Positions 48,095 through 60,984 of a stretch of DNA of 64,000 bases are shown here, in pieces. The notes beneath the pieces were generated by a model. The model saw only the letters and a program-made list of their open reading frames with translations, did not search any database and was not told the origin of the DNA. This DNA comes from Squalus acanthias. Lineage: Eukaryota. The first letter of the stretch is position 1. Each line of letters starts with the position of its first letter. The stretch spans positions 82,586,001-82,650,000 of the forward strand of contig CM059432.1 of NCBI GenBank assembly GCA_030390025.1, in the 5' to 3' direction. Made by a program: the position numbers and the translations under genes.

Positions 48095-48330
48095 AGCTCA
48101 CTCCATTACTTCCAAGTCTCGCACCATTCTGAACTTGGACATATATCGCTGTTCCGTCATCACTGGGTCAATTTCCAGGAATTCCCTACCTAGCACCATC
48201 ATGGGAGCAACATCACAACAAGGACAGCAGCAGTTCAAAGAGAAGCCCCACCACCACCTTCTCAGGCAAATAGGGATGGTCAATAAATGGGACCTTGCCA
48301 GCTTTGCCCACATCCTGAGAATTAAAAAAA
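48095..48330 (+). mobile_element. 3' fragment of the 40560-41450 LINE family
   Basis: Matches 41200-41450 (CCATTCTGA..CAGCAGTTCAA..CCCACATCC). Confidence 0.7.
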
Positions 48331-48569
48331 AATCTACATCAATCTCTATTCATCCTTCCCTTCACCTATGGCTCAAATCAAGACACCTCCATATATAATC
48401 AGCCTCTTTTGAGATACACGAAGGCAAAGCACTCCAGCTCAACCAGGGCAGCCTGTGCAACAGTTACCTACTCTGCATCTGTTCCCTTCTGATCAAACAC
48501 CTCATAGAAAGAAAGAAAGAACTTGCATTTATATAGCCCCTTTCATTACCTCAGGATGACCCAACATAC

Positions 48570-48930
48570 ACAGCTCTCTCCACCACCACCACCAGCACCT
48601 GCCTCGAATGCACTGAGCGGTCAGAGTGCTTGTCCAACATCAAGTTATGCATGAGCCAGGACCTTTTACAACTGAACAGGTGCAAGACCAAAATATTCTT
48701 ATATGGTCCCACCATAAACTCCATACCCTTGTCCCCAATCCATTCTCCTCCCCCAGCTGCTTACTTAGGCTGAACCAGATCGTGTGCAACCTCAGTGTGC
48801 AGTTCAACCTGTGCTGAGTTTCAAACACCATATCCTATCCATCATTAAGACTGCTTACTTCTGCCTCTGCACTTACATCACCTTCATCACTGCTGAAACA
48901 TTTATCCATGGTCTTATTACCTCTAAACTC
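48570..48930 (+). mobile_element. Decayed L2 fragment
   Basis: Similar to 45960-46350. Confidence 0.55.
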
Positions 48931-49136
48931 ATTTTTGCCTAAGATTTGGTTTGATAGTGGTTTCTACTTTAATTCTGTCACAGTACATATGAGGTTAAAA
49001 AACAGTTTCATAACTAGCTTCACTTACAGAGGCATGCCCTAGTTTATTTTTGATAAAATATATGCAGGTAATCATTTTGTCTTAACCAGGTGTCCGAGGG
49101 AGGAGCCAAGCCATTCAATTCAAATACAAACAGTGT

Positions 49137-49843
49137 CAGCCGAGGCTCAGTTGGTAGCACTCTTGCCTCTGAGTCACAAGGTTGTGGGTTCAAGTCCCAC
49201 TCCAGAGACTTGAGCACAAAAATCTAGGTTGGCACTAGAGTGTAGGGCTGAGGGAGTGCTGCACCGTCAGAGGTGCTGTCTTTCAGATGAGACATTAAAC
49301 CGAGGCCCTGTCTGCTCTCAGGTGGATGAAAAAGATTCCATGGCACTATTTCGAAGAAGAGCAGGGGAGTTATCCCTGGTACAACAGCAAAATACTGCGG
49401 ATGCTGGAAATCTGAAACAACAACAGAAAATGCTGGAAACACTCAGCAGGTCAGGCATCATTGTGGAGAGAGAAACAGAGTTAATGTTTCAGGTCGATGA
49501 CCCTTTGTCAGAACTCCAAAGGGTCGTCAACCTGAAACGTTGACTCTGTTTCTCTCTCCACGATGCTGCCTGACCTGCTGAGTGTTTCCAGCAGTTTCTG
49601 TTGTTGTTTGAGTTCTCCCCGGTGTCCTGGCCAATATTTATCCTTCAATCAACATAACAGAAAAACCGATTATCTGGTCATTATCACATTACTGTTTGTG
49701 GGAGCTTGCTGTGCTCATGCTGGCTGCTGCGTTTCCTACATTACAACAGTGACTACACTTCAAGTGTACTTCATTGGCTGTAAAGTGCTTTGGGATGTCC
49801 AGTGGTCGTGAAAGGTGCTATATAAATGCAAATCTTTTTCTTT
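49137..49843 (+). mobile_element. Full-length DeuSINE-like (SacSINE1-like) SINE, interrupted at 49381-49609
   Basis: tRNA-like head with A box GGCTCAGTTGG and B box GGTTCAAGTCC; Deu-like core; L2-like tail GCTATATAAATGCAA. Confidence 0.8.
49381..49609 (-). mobile_element. Penelope-like fold-back fragment with a hammerhead core
   Basis: ~90-bp inverted arms; degenerate 14-bp TSD GAGTTATCCCTGGT/GAGTTCTCCCCGGT. Confidence 0.75.
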
Positions 49844-50077
49844 TGTGGGAGTGGTTTGAATTATGTTTGACTGGCAGCTTCTTGAATCAGATAGCTCATT
49901 CAAATCAGACAGTAGTGTCTGTAGTCTTCAGAAAGTGATAGTCAGGCCAGATAGATTCCGTGGATGGTATAAAAAAAAGAGAAAGACCCATTGTATAAGA
50001 ACACATAGCTTTGTCGTAACTATTTGTTATTTTCTACTTACTTGTGGATATAGCTTAATAACTATTATAATTATTAT

Positions 50078-50203
50078 AAAGGTCATTGACCTGAAATGTT
50101 AACTCTGTTTCTCTCTCCACAGATGCTGCCTGATCTACTAAGTATTTCCAGCATTTTCTGTTTTTATTTCAGATTTCCAGCACCTGCAGTATTTTGCTTT
50201 TGG
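50078..50203 (+). mobile_element. Penelope-like short fragment (49381 family)
   Basis: AGGTCATTGACCTGAAATGTTAACTCTG..CAGATGCTGCCTGA..TTTCCAGCA. Confidence 0.7.
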
Positions 50204-50694
50204 CTTAATAACTATTGTTGTGTCATTGCTACTATTCACTTATTCTTTAGCTGTTTAATAAATTTATCAAACTCAAAGTTATGGTTTACTGAAGTGTTAT
50301 TATACCATCTTCCAAAGTCAAGAAAGATTACATCAGAACACGTGATAAAACTAGTACACCAAAATGATGAAGAGGGTTCTCTGTTTGATTCCTGGCCATG
50401 CTACTAATTTACTTAAATATCCAGAGAAATGAAAGCAATATCTGGACCATAGGGAGCAAGGACTCACCTATGGTGTGATATGCTGAACCCAAAGAATATA
50501 TAAACCAAAAATCAGTTTAGAAAAAAGCAACACTCTCGTCACCACTGTCCCCTGCTCCACCCTACATAAACTAATTAAAACAAAGCTCTGCTACACATTT
50601 CTTGTCCCACCATATGGCCCTCTTGCACATCAACAGTGTCCTTGCCAACCTCCTTTGGCTCCCTCTCCCCCAACTTGAATTGAAAGCCTTCATT

Positions 50695-51408
50695 TACAAT
50701 TCCTCGGATAGTGAAGCAGTTCATTCCCATATGCAGCAAGACCTGGACAAGGTCCAAGTTTGGGCTTATAAATGGCAAGTATAAGTTCCAGGCAATGACC
50801 ATCTCCAAAAAGAGAGAACCTAACCATCTCCCCTTGATATTCAATGGCAATACCATCACCAAGGCTCCTATCATTAACATCCTCAGGGTCACCAGAAAAA
50901 CTCAACTGAACCAGCTACATAAATGAGAGCTATGAGAGCAAACCAGAAACTGGATATTTTGCAGTGAGTGACTCACCTCCTGACTCTCCAAAGCCTCTCC
51001 ACCACCCACAATGCACAAGTCAGGAGTGTGATGCCACTTGCCTGGATGGGTTCAGCTGCAACAACACTCAAGAAGCTCGATACCATCCAGGACAAAGCAG
51101 TCTGCTTGATTGGCACATCATCCACCGTAGCTGCAATGTGTATTATCTACAGGATGCACTGTAGCAACTCGGCAATGCTTTTTCAGCAGCATCTCCCAAG
51201 TCCGTGAGCACCACCTTGAAGAACAAGGGAAGCAGGTGCATGGAAACACCATCACCTCCAAGTTCCCCTCCAAGTCACACACCATTTCGACTTGGAAATA
51301 TATAATCATTCCTTCATTGTCACTAGGTCAAAATCCTGGAACTACCTAACAGCATTGTGGGAGTATCTTCACCACATGGACTGCAGCGATCCAAGAAGAA
51401 GGCTCAAC
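50695..51408 (+). mobile_element. Older copy of the 40560-41450 LINE family
   Basis: MQQDLDKVQVWAYKWQV, AQVRSVM..TTLKKLDTIQDKA. Confidence 0.75.
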
Positions 51409-51842
51409 ATGCAGAGGGCTCCACCCTCAGTAGCAAAGCCCTCAGCTGCCTCAGTCCTACATTAGAACAGTGACTACGCTTCAAAAGTACTTCATTGGCT
51501 GTAAAGCACTTTGGGACGTCCGGTGGTCATGAAAGGCACTATATAAATGCAAGTCTTTCTTTTCATTTTACTCTCTGGTGTTCCCTCCCCAAGCCCCTCC
51601 ATCTTGTTACTTCCCTCCCCTTCCTTTAATATCCTCCTCAAAACCTATCTGCTTGACCACGCTTTTGAACATTTCTCAGCATCAGTGCTCAGTATCCATT
51701 CCTCCTCTGTGAAACACCTTGGAATATTTACCACGTATATGTATATTCCACTTATTGTTGTTGCAGTGTGATAAGCAATATACAATGATACGAAAGGTAG
51801 TGGGAACCGAAAAGTTCCAAAATAGTATACCATTTGATTTAA

Positions 51843-52290
51843 AGGAAAGACTTGCATTTATATAGCGCCTTTCATGACCTCTGGACATCTCAAATCACTT
51901 TACAGCCAATGAAGTACTTTTGAAGTGTAGTCACTGTTGTAATGTAGGAAACACACAGCCAATTTGCGCACAGCAAGCTCCCACAAACAGCAATGTGATA
52001 ATGACCACATAATCTGTTTTTGTGCTGTTGATTGAGGGATAAATATTGGCCAGGACACTGGGAATAACTCCCCTGCTCTTCTTCCAAAAAAAGTGCCATG
52101 GGATCTTTTACGTCCACCTGAGAGGGCAGACGGGACTTCGGTTTAATGTATCATCCAACAGTGCAGCATTTCCTCAGCACTGCACTGGAGTGTCAGCCTA
52201 GCTTTATGTGCTCAAGTCTCTGGAGTGGGACTTGAACTCACAACCTTCTGACTCAGAGGTGAGAGTGCTACCAACTGAGCTTTGGCTGGT
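51843..52290 (-). mobile_element. DeuSINE-like SINE, near full length
   Basis: Reverse complement of the 49137 family including the tRNA-like head. Confidence 0.8.
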
Positions 52291-53074
52291 AAAATATAAC
52301 TTTTCATAAATACTTCACTTTTACATCAGCTTCCTGTTTTGTAACTATGCATGGGTCAGTTATATGTGAATTACTCCTTCACCTTTTGAAAGCTGCTCGA
52401 ACGGGGCATTTCTGTAATTAGTTGATACCTTGGCTCTCAATTTAATGACTGTTTTAATCACCCACCTGCTGGCTACTGTTGTTGCCTACAAATTCTCTGG
52501 TAACTACCAGACATCAAATCAACAAATCAGCCCCACTATTCTTTCCAATTAGGAAATGACTCTAGATTAGCCTTTTCAATTAATTCTAAAATGGCTTGAA
52601 TACATTGCTTGCCTGATCAGTAGGTCTTACTTTGTTACCTATTCAAAGTAACTGAATAATGTCTGCGACAAAATGCAAACTATTGTGAACATGCATAAAT
52701 CACATTCAGAGAACACTGGGCTCATTGTATTTATTTAAAATAAGTGGATGTGGAAAAGCGCAATGGAGCATGGAAAAGTAACTTCTTGGTATCATTTTAT
52801 TTATTTGCCTTTTTGTATCGAAACCACATTTTGGCATTTTTGGGGGGACTAACTTGTTTTTGTTTCAGCTTATTTTCTGTTCCTTCAAGCTATACTTTGA
52901 CTCTTAGCAGCTTACAGTGCGGCGACAGCTCGGTTTACACAGGCGGGGTTTCCGTCACTCTTCCAGGAAAAAGTAACACTGGTGAGCAGAAACAGCTCCT
53001 GAGGAATTTCCAGACCAACATTTCATAGAAAGCACTTTTGATATTAAAAAAAAAATCAGTACCTATTCACTCAC

Positions 53075-53600
53075 GATGAGTCACTTGGCCAATTGAGTGT
53101 GCAGCTGAGCTGTGTAGACCAGAAGGTCCCAGGTTTAATTCCCCATGTGTGCTGTTAGCTGATCTCAGCTGGAGTGGTAGTAAAGCGACTACAGTTTGTC
53201 TCAGTGCATATGGACCATGGAGGGACAAGAATCTGCTACCATCCCCATTTTTGATCACTATTCAGTCACTCTTGCTGAAAGTGCATGTGCTCACATCAGG
53301 TGAGCACGGGTGAGGTGCAGTTATGATGCAAAAAGAAAACACTGCAGATGCTGGAAATCTGAAATAAAAACAGAAAATGCTGGAGAAACTCAGCAGGTCA
53401 GGCAGCATCTGTGAAGAGAGAAACAGAGTTAACGTTTCAGGTCGATGACCTGTCGTCAGAATGCTTGCATTCATTGTCTAGGCTCACACATAAACCATGG
53501 GCACTTGAGCAAGTTACTGGAGAATGACCAGTGTCTGTGGAACTATGTCACAGCACAGCATATTCAAGAGAGAAGGAGGAAAGAAAAGGGAGAAAGTTGA
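53075..53600 (+). mobile_element. SINE-like repeat (second family), interrupted by a Penelope-like fragment
   Basis: Degenerate tRNA-like head (AGACCAGAAGGTCCCAGGTTTAATTCC); purine-rich tail; related to 3065-3450. Confidence 0.5.
53330..53461 (-). mobile_element. Penelope-like fragment with an intact hammerhead catalytic core
   Basis: - strand reads CTGACGA C AGGTC ATC GACCT GAAA CGTT AACTC. Confidence 0.75.
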
Positions 53601-54542
53601 TAAAAATACATATATCATGGCACAGTGCACAATGATACACCAGGCATTGCAGTACTTGGACCACTTGGATACCTGGTCTGCTGCTTACAGTTAATTATTT
53701 TTACAGAAACATTAAGGTACCTGATGATACATATAATTGGAAATTTCAGTATCCAACACTTGTGAACTCATTGATCATTTATTGCTTCCATTCTGGACAG
53801 TTGCAGTAACAGAGCCCTTGGTCTTTGGTTTGAACCAGTGATGCTGGGCAGATGACGTTGAATGGCTTTTTAGTAGTGAATCAATTAAATCACAATTTCT
53901 GCTGGTGTATTCTGTGCTTTTGTTGCCTTTTATAATTCATATATCCTGCTTTGATCAGGACTGTCTCACATTTTATTGACACTATTCCAGTAAACGTGTT
54001 TAGTACAGCATAAGCTTTTTTGTCTCACCATTTCTCTCCACTTATTTTGTCGCAGCTGGCCTCCACACATACACTCACTTTCCAGCATTCCACTGGTGTT
54101 AATGATAGCACCTTGACTGCTAGCCCAGGCAACATGAGCTTGCTCACCGCACACCAGGGATTGAGCATGGGTGCTTCCTCCTCTGGACGGCTCATTAGCA
54201 CAATAGGAAATAAATTTACCAACTGAGTCTGCAGAATACCACAGTTTTTAATCAATGCTTCCAATGCCACTGCAATTGTTTTAAAGTACAATTCCAATTT
54301 AGCCTTGGGCACACTGAATCTGAGCAAAATAAATGGCCAATCATTCATATACATCAGCCACTCCCATCCGATTCCACTTGCAAACCGATTTTGTCCCCTC
54401 TCCACCTGTGCTTTTTAAATTTTTCTTTTCTTAAAATGATTTTCTCACCCTGGGTTTACAGATTGGAATATTCCAGTCGAGCATATATGAAATTTAGCCA
54501 GCTTAATCTGCTGAGCAAATGTTCTTCTTATCCGATCTGGAG

Positions 54543-54872
54543 CTTTCGGATAAGACGTTAAACCGAGGCCCCGTCTGCTCTCTCAGGTGGACATAAAAGA
54601 TCCCATGGTACCGTTTTGAAGAAGAGCAGGGGAGTTATCCCCGGAGTCCTGGCCAATATTTATCCCTCAATCAACATAACAAAAAAACAGACTATCTGGT
54701 CATTAGCACATTGCTGTTTGTGGGAGCTTGCTGTGCGCAAATTGGCTGCCACATTTCCTACATTACAACAGTGACTACACTTCAAAAAGTACTTCATTAG
54801 CTATAAAGCACTTTGGAATGTCCTGAGGTTGTGAAAGGTGCTATATAAATACAAGTCGTCTTTTTTCTTTCT
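54543..54872 (+). mobile_element. DeuSINE-like SINE, 5' truncated
   Basis: Core and tail as in the 49137 family. Confidence 0.8.
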
Positions 54873-55434
54873 ACTTCAGTCAGACTTGTTTCAATAATAG
54901 GCAGCCGCTGTGTTATTTTTTGCTGTGTGGTTGACTGCAGTGATCCTAGCACACGACCGAGCTTTTACTATAATTATACTGCGGTTTTTATTGTAAAGTC
55001 CTTCAAAATTTCCCTCTATGTGTATCCATAAATGAAAATATACTCAGAACTGTATGAAAACAATGAAATTGCTGCTATTTCACTAAGTAGTACAGAGGTA
55101 TATTTTAAATAAGTCCCAAATGTTTAATCAGTCTGTAATTCTAACCGAGTGGTGTGCATAACTCACCGCATGAAATCACCTTGGCTTCTGGAATCGCAAG
55201 GAAACCATTCTGGAACAGCAAGAAGTCTGAAACCCACTCATTTGGTAAATTTGCCATTTCCTCTCATTTCCTTTCCTGTAAGATGCAAGAATCCCTGTTG
55301 GACGTCACTATTACAATCTTTGGCATCTGTACTAATCGCCCAGTTTTACTGATACATTCACAACAGAATAATGATCAGTATAGTATATAAATGTGGAATG
55401 GAGAGAAGATTAAAAATAATAGGCTAAAAAATAA

Positions 55435-55625
55435 CAAACAAAAACACAAAATGTGGGAAACACTCAACAGGTCAGAACAGACAAGTTAACATTTCAGGGA
55501 TAACCCTCACCTCTTCTGATGAAGGGTCTACACCTGAAACAAACTTCTCCCTCTCTCTACAGATGCTGCCTAACCTGATGAGTGCTTCCAGCATTTTCTG
55601 TTTTTCTTTCAGGTTCCAGCATTTT
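55435..55625. mobile_element. Penelope-like fold-back fragment, degenerate
   Basis: Inverted arms; CTGATGAAGGGTCTACACCTGAAAC at 55516. Confidence 0.65.
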
Positions 55626-56779
55626 CCCTTGTTACAAATATCGCTGTTTCTGTTAATGCAATAGACAAAAATACAAGCAATTTCTGACCTTGCAGAGTCA
55701 GCAGAATTGTTTGGAACAGTACACAGGGGAGTAAGGAGATAAAACATTAGTGGAAAAAACGTATTTCAGTCTAAATTACTGAATCCTGCATTTCAGTATA
55801 TAAATCAATAAAACTGGTTTATAACAAATGCTTAACACCACCTTCCTGCTTTTTCATATTGTATTGTTGCCAGTGTGAGACAAGTTTGTCTTTTTGAAGG
55901 GTGCATTAATGCTCTTTTTTCACCAATTTATGGGAGCTTTATCCAAGCTCATCAAGAGATAGCTATGGGTGACGTTAGATAAGGAATGCACTTGAAGGCA
56001 GAAGAGATAATGGCCCAGCAGGGTAAATGCATTACACTACAGCTACTGTGCTTTGTATAAAAGCTGTGCTAAGTGCTTAGGCTATTTGCTAAAATAAAGA
56101 CCCCCCCTGCCCCCCACCAAATTACAACCTCTAAGAAGCCTAATCTCAAGCAAATGCATCTCGTTCTCAGGAATTTGCAGTTAATAATTTCTGCATTCAT
56201 ACAAAATATAAACAGCCAAAATCAAACTTAAATACAAACTATGCAATGTAGGACTGAGACACAGACATCTTTCAGACATCTCTAAATCTTCTTTGGCAAA
56301 ATCTTAGCAAACTATTTTCTTTATTTGTTTCTTTCTTTTATTTGTCTCATTTTTAATATAAAGAGTTCCCATCATCCAACTAAGGCCTCAGAGATCAGTG
56401 TACACGTATCTGGTCATAAATGCTGCCAGATTAGGATGGAAAGACTATAAGACACATGAACACAGTAAAGGGCAGATAATATCTTTCAACATTTGTCACC
56501 AGCAACATTACCAACATTACTAATCTGTCAGAAAGAGTTAAGTTTTAAAAGTTCATGATTGGATGTAGAGTGTGGCATGAATGCAAACACCCAGCAGAAT
56601 CATACCTCAGTGAGAGCTGATGCCTTCAATACAGGAGGAGAGGAGGACATTGGTGAGAAAAAAAGTACATCAGAATGGTGATAGAAGAATTTTACAGCAC
56701 AAAAGGAGGCCTTTTGGCTCATCGCTAGGATTGCCAACCTCCAGGATTGTCTTGGATTCGCCAAGAATTAAAGGAATTA

Positions 56780-59700
56780 AAGATAACATAAAAGGGAATC
56801 CAAAATTATTCTATAGGCATATAAATAATAAACGGATAGTAAGAGGAGGGGTGGGGCCGATTAGGGACCAAAAAGGAGGCCTACGCGTGGAGGCAGAGGG
56901 CATAACTGAGGTACTAAATGAGTACTTTGCATCTGTCTTCACCAAGGAAGAAGATGCTGCCAAAGTCATAGTGAAAGAGGAGGTAGTTGAGATACTGGAT
57001 GGGATAAAAATTGATAAAGAGGAGGTACTAGAAAGGCTGGCTGTACTTAAAGTAGATAAGTCACCAGGACCAGATGGGATGCATCCTAGGATGCTGAGGG
57101 AGGTAAGGGTGGAAATTGCAGAGATACTGGCCATAATCTTCCAATCCTCCTTAGATACGGGGGTGGTGCCAGAGGACTGGAGAATTGCAAATGTTACACC
57201 CTTGTTCAAAAAAGGGTGTAAGAATAAACCCAGCAACTTCAGACCAGTCAGTTTAACCTCAGTAGTGGGGAAGATTTTAGAAACTGTAATCCGGGACAAA
57301 ATTAACAGTCACTTGGACAAGTGTGGATTAATTAAGGAAAGCCAGCATGGATTTGTCAAAGGCAAATTGTGTTTAACTAACTTGATTGAGTTTTTTGATG
57401 AGGTAACAGAGGGGGTTGATGAGGGCAATGCGGTTGATGTGGTGTACATGGACTTCCAAAAGGTGTTTAATAAGGTGCCACATAATAGGCTTGCCAGAAA
57501 AGTTGAAGCCCATGGAATAAAAGAGACAGTGGCAGCATGGATACGAAATTGGCTAAGTGACAGGAAACAGAGAGTAGTGGTGAATGGTTGTTTTTCAGAC
57601 TGGAGGAAGGTATACAGTCGTGTGCCCCAGGGGTCGGTACTAGGACCACTGCTTTTCTTGATATATATTAATGACTTGGACTGGGTGTACAGGGCACAAT
57701 TTCAAAATTTGCAGATGACACAAAACTTGGAAGTATAGTGAACAGTGAGGAGGATAGTGATAGACTTCAAGAGGACATAGACAAGCTGGTGGAATGGGCG
57801 GACACGTGGCAGATGAAATTTAATGCAGGAAAGTGTAAAGTGATATGAGGAGAGGCAATATAAACTGGACAGTACAATTCTAAAGGGGGTGCATGAACAC
57901 AGAAACTTGGGGGTATATGTGCACTAATTGTTGAAGGTAGCAGGACAGGTTGAGAAAGTGGTTAAAAAAGCATACGGGATCCTGGGCTTCATAAATAGAG
58001 GCATAGGGCTGAATTTTGCCAGCGCTCAGAGTGCAGGTTTGGAGGCGGGTCAAAATCGCAAAGATTGACAGTGGGTCAGTATCCCACAGTAAACCCGCCT
58101 CCTTGTCAGTTTCCCAAGTGTCGGGTCTGTCATCCCTGAACAGACCCGACACCAAGCGACGGGTCAGCCAATTTAGATAGGTAAAAGCTTGTTAAAAGGT
58201 AGTTTAGAACCATTTTCCCATGTACTTACCATTTTACCAGGTTTTCAACGAGGTTCCCGGAGAGTGGGTATCACGTCAGGTAATTATGTCGGGCTCTCAA
58301 TGACTGGATTGCTGTGAATAGGTGAAAGTTGCAAAAGTGGTCTAAAACTTACCATTTCACAGCTGTTCACTTCCCAACCTTAGAAGCTGGAGCATTAATG
58401 ATTTGGAACCCACTTTTGAGCTTTATGCACTTTTGAAGTGTTTGGAGTAATCTCTCTATCCACTGTCACCTCCTTGGAACAACCTATCTCAACATTGACA
58501 GATTACTTCTGTCATCTCAACTTCAGCTGCCATCTATTCCATCAGCATCGGTGCCCGTGAAAAAATCTCACCTTGGTCCTCTGAATCCCAACACAATCAG
58601 CCCCAACACCAGCATCACCGGGCACACCAACAGCACCAACATCCACACCAGCCTTCTCCGCAATCAACTGATGCTGCACTGGACACAGGGCATCATCACC
58701 CATGCACACTGCTGCCTGGAATGCCAGCGATAACCTCACCATGTCCAGATTTGCTTCACTTAACATCCTGGCTGCCACATGATGATCCAGGTTGGCACCA
58801 CCCCACACCAACATCATAAAGCATCCCTACAATGTCCAAGCGATTCCTTTCACACTCATCACCATTGCGGGGGGGGGGGGGGGGGGGGGGGAGGGAATGT
58901 TATGTCTCATTATTCACTGGAACTCACTAACACACTTTCAAAGGTGCACACAAATCTGTCCAAGAAGACAAAGTGGTGATAATGAGGATTTCAATGCTTG
59001 ACAACACATTAACAGAAAGTTTACACGACCATTGGCTAAAACACCCAAGTGTCTACCCTTATGTGTTGTTAGTTGTTATGATTGGACTAGGATGAGGGTG
59101 AGTGTGAGGGGTGGCTAGTGAGATGGGGAAGTGATAATGTAGATAGAGAGGGATGGGTGGAGGTGCAAGGTAAGTTGGTGCGAGTAAGGATGTGCAGGAG
59201 TAGGGTAGGGAAGGCAGAGTGATGGGGATGTGATGAGTGGCACAGCAGGATGAGGTTGAGTGTGGCTTTGTAGTAATGTTTCGTGATCTACTGAGATCAT
59301 TGAAAGGTTTGCACCACTGCAGCCAGGTCCTCCTGACGACATCCCTGCTTGTGCCCTCCTGTGCAATGTGCAACCAGGCTGCGTTGATCTCCTGGGGAGG
59401 TCTCTTCTGCCCATTGGGAGGGAAGAGAACCTCCCTGCGTGCTGTGACTCCTTTCATAAGCATATGAAGGGAGTCATGGGAGAGCCTGGGTGCAGCCATG
59501 CACCTCTGCGCAGTGCTTGTCAGTGTTTACAGCACCTCAATACTGTAGAACAGCACAACTGTCAAAATTAATTTGGTCATGGTCCCTTTAAGGAAACCAA
59601 CTGATAACGCATCATCAGATGACGTCATCAGACCCGCTTCCTTTTAATTGGCTGGGAACCTCACACGGCGGGCTTAACTAACCCCATCAGGGCAAAATCA

Positions 59701-60415
59701 CATGGAGGAGGTGGGATGAAGACGGGTGCAGAGTTTGCGGCCGCTGTCTGCTCCAGCCGCACCGGACTCACCACAGCTGACGAAATTGCGACCATAGAGT
59801 ACAAAAGCAAGGAAGTTATGATGAACCTTTATAAAACACTGGTTCGGCCTCAACTGGAGTATTGTGTCCAATTCTGGGCACCGCACTTTAGGAAGGATAT
59901 GAAGGCCTTAGAAGAGGGTGCAGAAAAGATTTACAAGAATGATTCCAGGGATGAGGGACTTCAGTTACGTGGATGGACTGGAGAAGCTGGGGTTATTCTC
60001 CTTAGAGCAGAGAAGGTTGAGAGGAGATTTGATAGAGGTATTCAAAATCATGAGGGGTCTAGACAGAGTAGATAGAGAGAAACTGTTCCCAATGGCGGAA
60101 GGGTCGAGAACCAGAGGACACAGATTTAAGGTGATTGGCAGAAGAACCAAAGGCGACATGAGGAAAATCTTTTTTACGCAGCGAGTGATTAGGATCTGGA
60201 ATGCACTGCCTGAAAGGGTGGTAGAAGCAGACTCAATCATGGCTTTCAAAAGGGAATTGGATAAGTACCTGAAGGAAAAAAAATTGCAGGGCTATGGGGA
60301 AAGGACGAGGGAGTGGGACTAACTGAAGTGCTCTCGCAGAGAGCCGGCACGGGCGCGACAGGCCGAATGGCCTCCTTCTGTGCTGTAACCATTCTATGAT
60401 TCCATTCTATGATTC
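56780..60415 (+). mobile_element. 5'-truncated CR1 (RT region to 3' end) split by a Harbinger derivative
   Basis: ORF 56620..57738 KSPGPDG, NFRPVSLTS, YMDFQK, PQGSVLGP; resumes IEYKSKE at 59794; ATTCTATG tail repeats. Confidence 0.92.
58006..59793 (-). mobile_element. Non-autonomous Harbinger derivative with a Myb/SANT exon remnant (~59260-59510)
   Basis: ATA TSD (58003-58005, 59794-59796); removal restores CR1 INRGIEYKSK; ends GGGCTGAATTT / AAATTGCGACC; MAAPRLSHDSL..WLHIAQ..RTWLQWCKPFNDL. Confidence 0.9.
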
Positions 60416-60984
60416 TATTAATTTTCCAGACACTGCTGCAAGCAACCCGGGAGAAAGATTGTAGGGCGTTAAAAAAATTATTTGTTCTTTCATTTTCTTT
60501 GAACACTTTATTAGTTATAAAAATATTGGAAATGGGAAAAAGGCTGTTTGACCAAGTGGGGCAGTTGGAGCCGATAGGTCATGTGATGAAAATGCCAGGA
60601 ATATGTCCAACCAGAGTTGGCAACCCTACGCTTCACACATGTGGTGGCTCGCTGAAAGAGCTATCCACTTAGTCCCATTCCCTTCCCCATAAAATAGATA
60701 GATTTACGCAATCTTTGCCCCCTTTGAGAATTCAGGAACTCTTAATATTTTCCATGTGCACCAATATCTCTAAAGTGATGTTTCTGTGAAAAGAAAGTTA
60801 AAACATCTTGGTATTTGTGAAATCTCATTAGGTAAAGAAACAAACAATCAGGTCGTGTCACAGCTTTTCCAACTGCCCGAGCTTTAACTTACCCAGTGGG
60901 GGACGGCATCCTCCATGCACTGTTCTCTACCATTTAAGCTGCTTTTATATGGTATGAGGGCATGTGCCAGTGGCTCTGGCTCCT

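Noticed and set aside
49137..49210. tRNA genes here and at ~52215-52290 and ~62003-62070
   Set aside because: These are tRNA-derived SINE heads continuous with the SINE body.
54025..54405. 126-aa minus-strand ORF as a host exon
   Set aside because: No recognisable domain and no polypyrimidine acceptor; kept only as a possible non-coding island.
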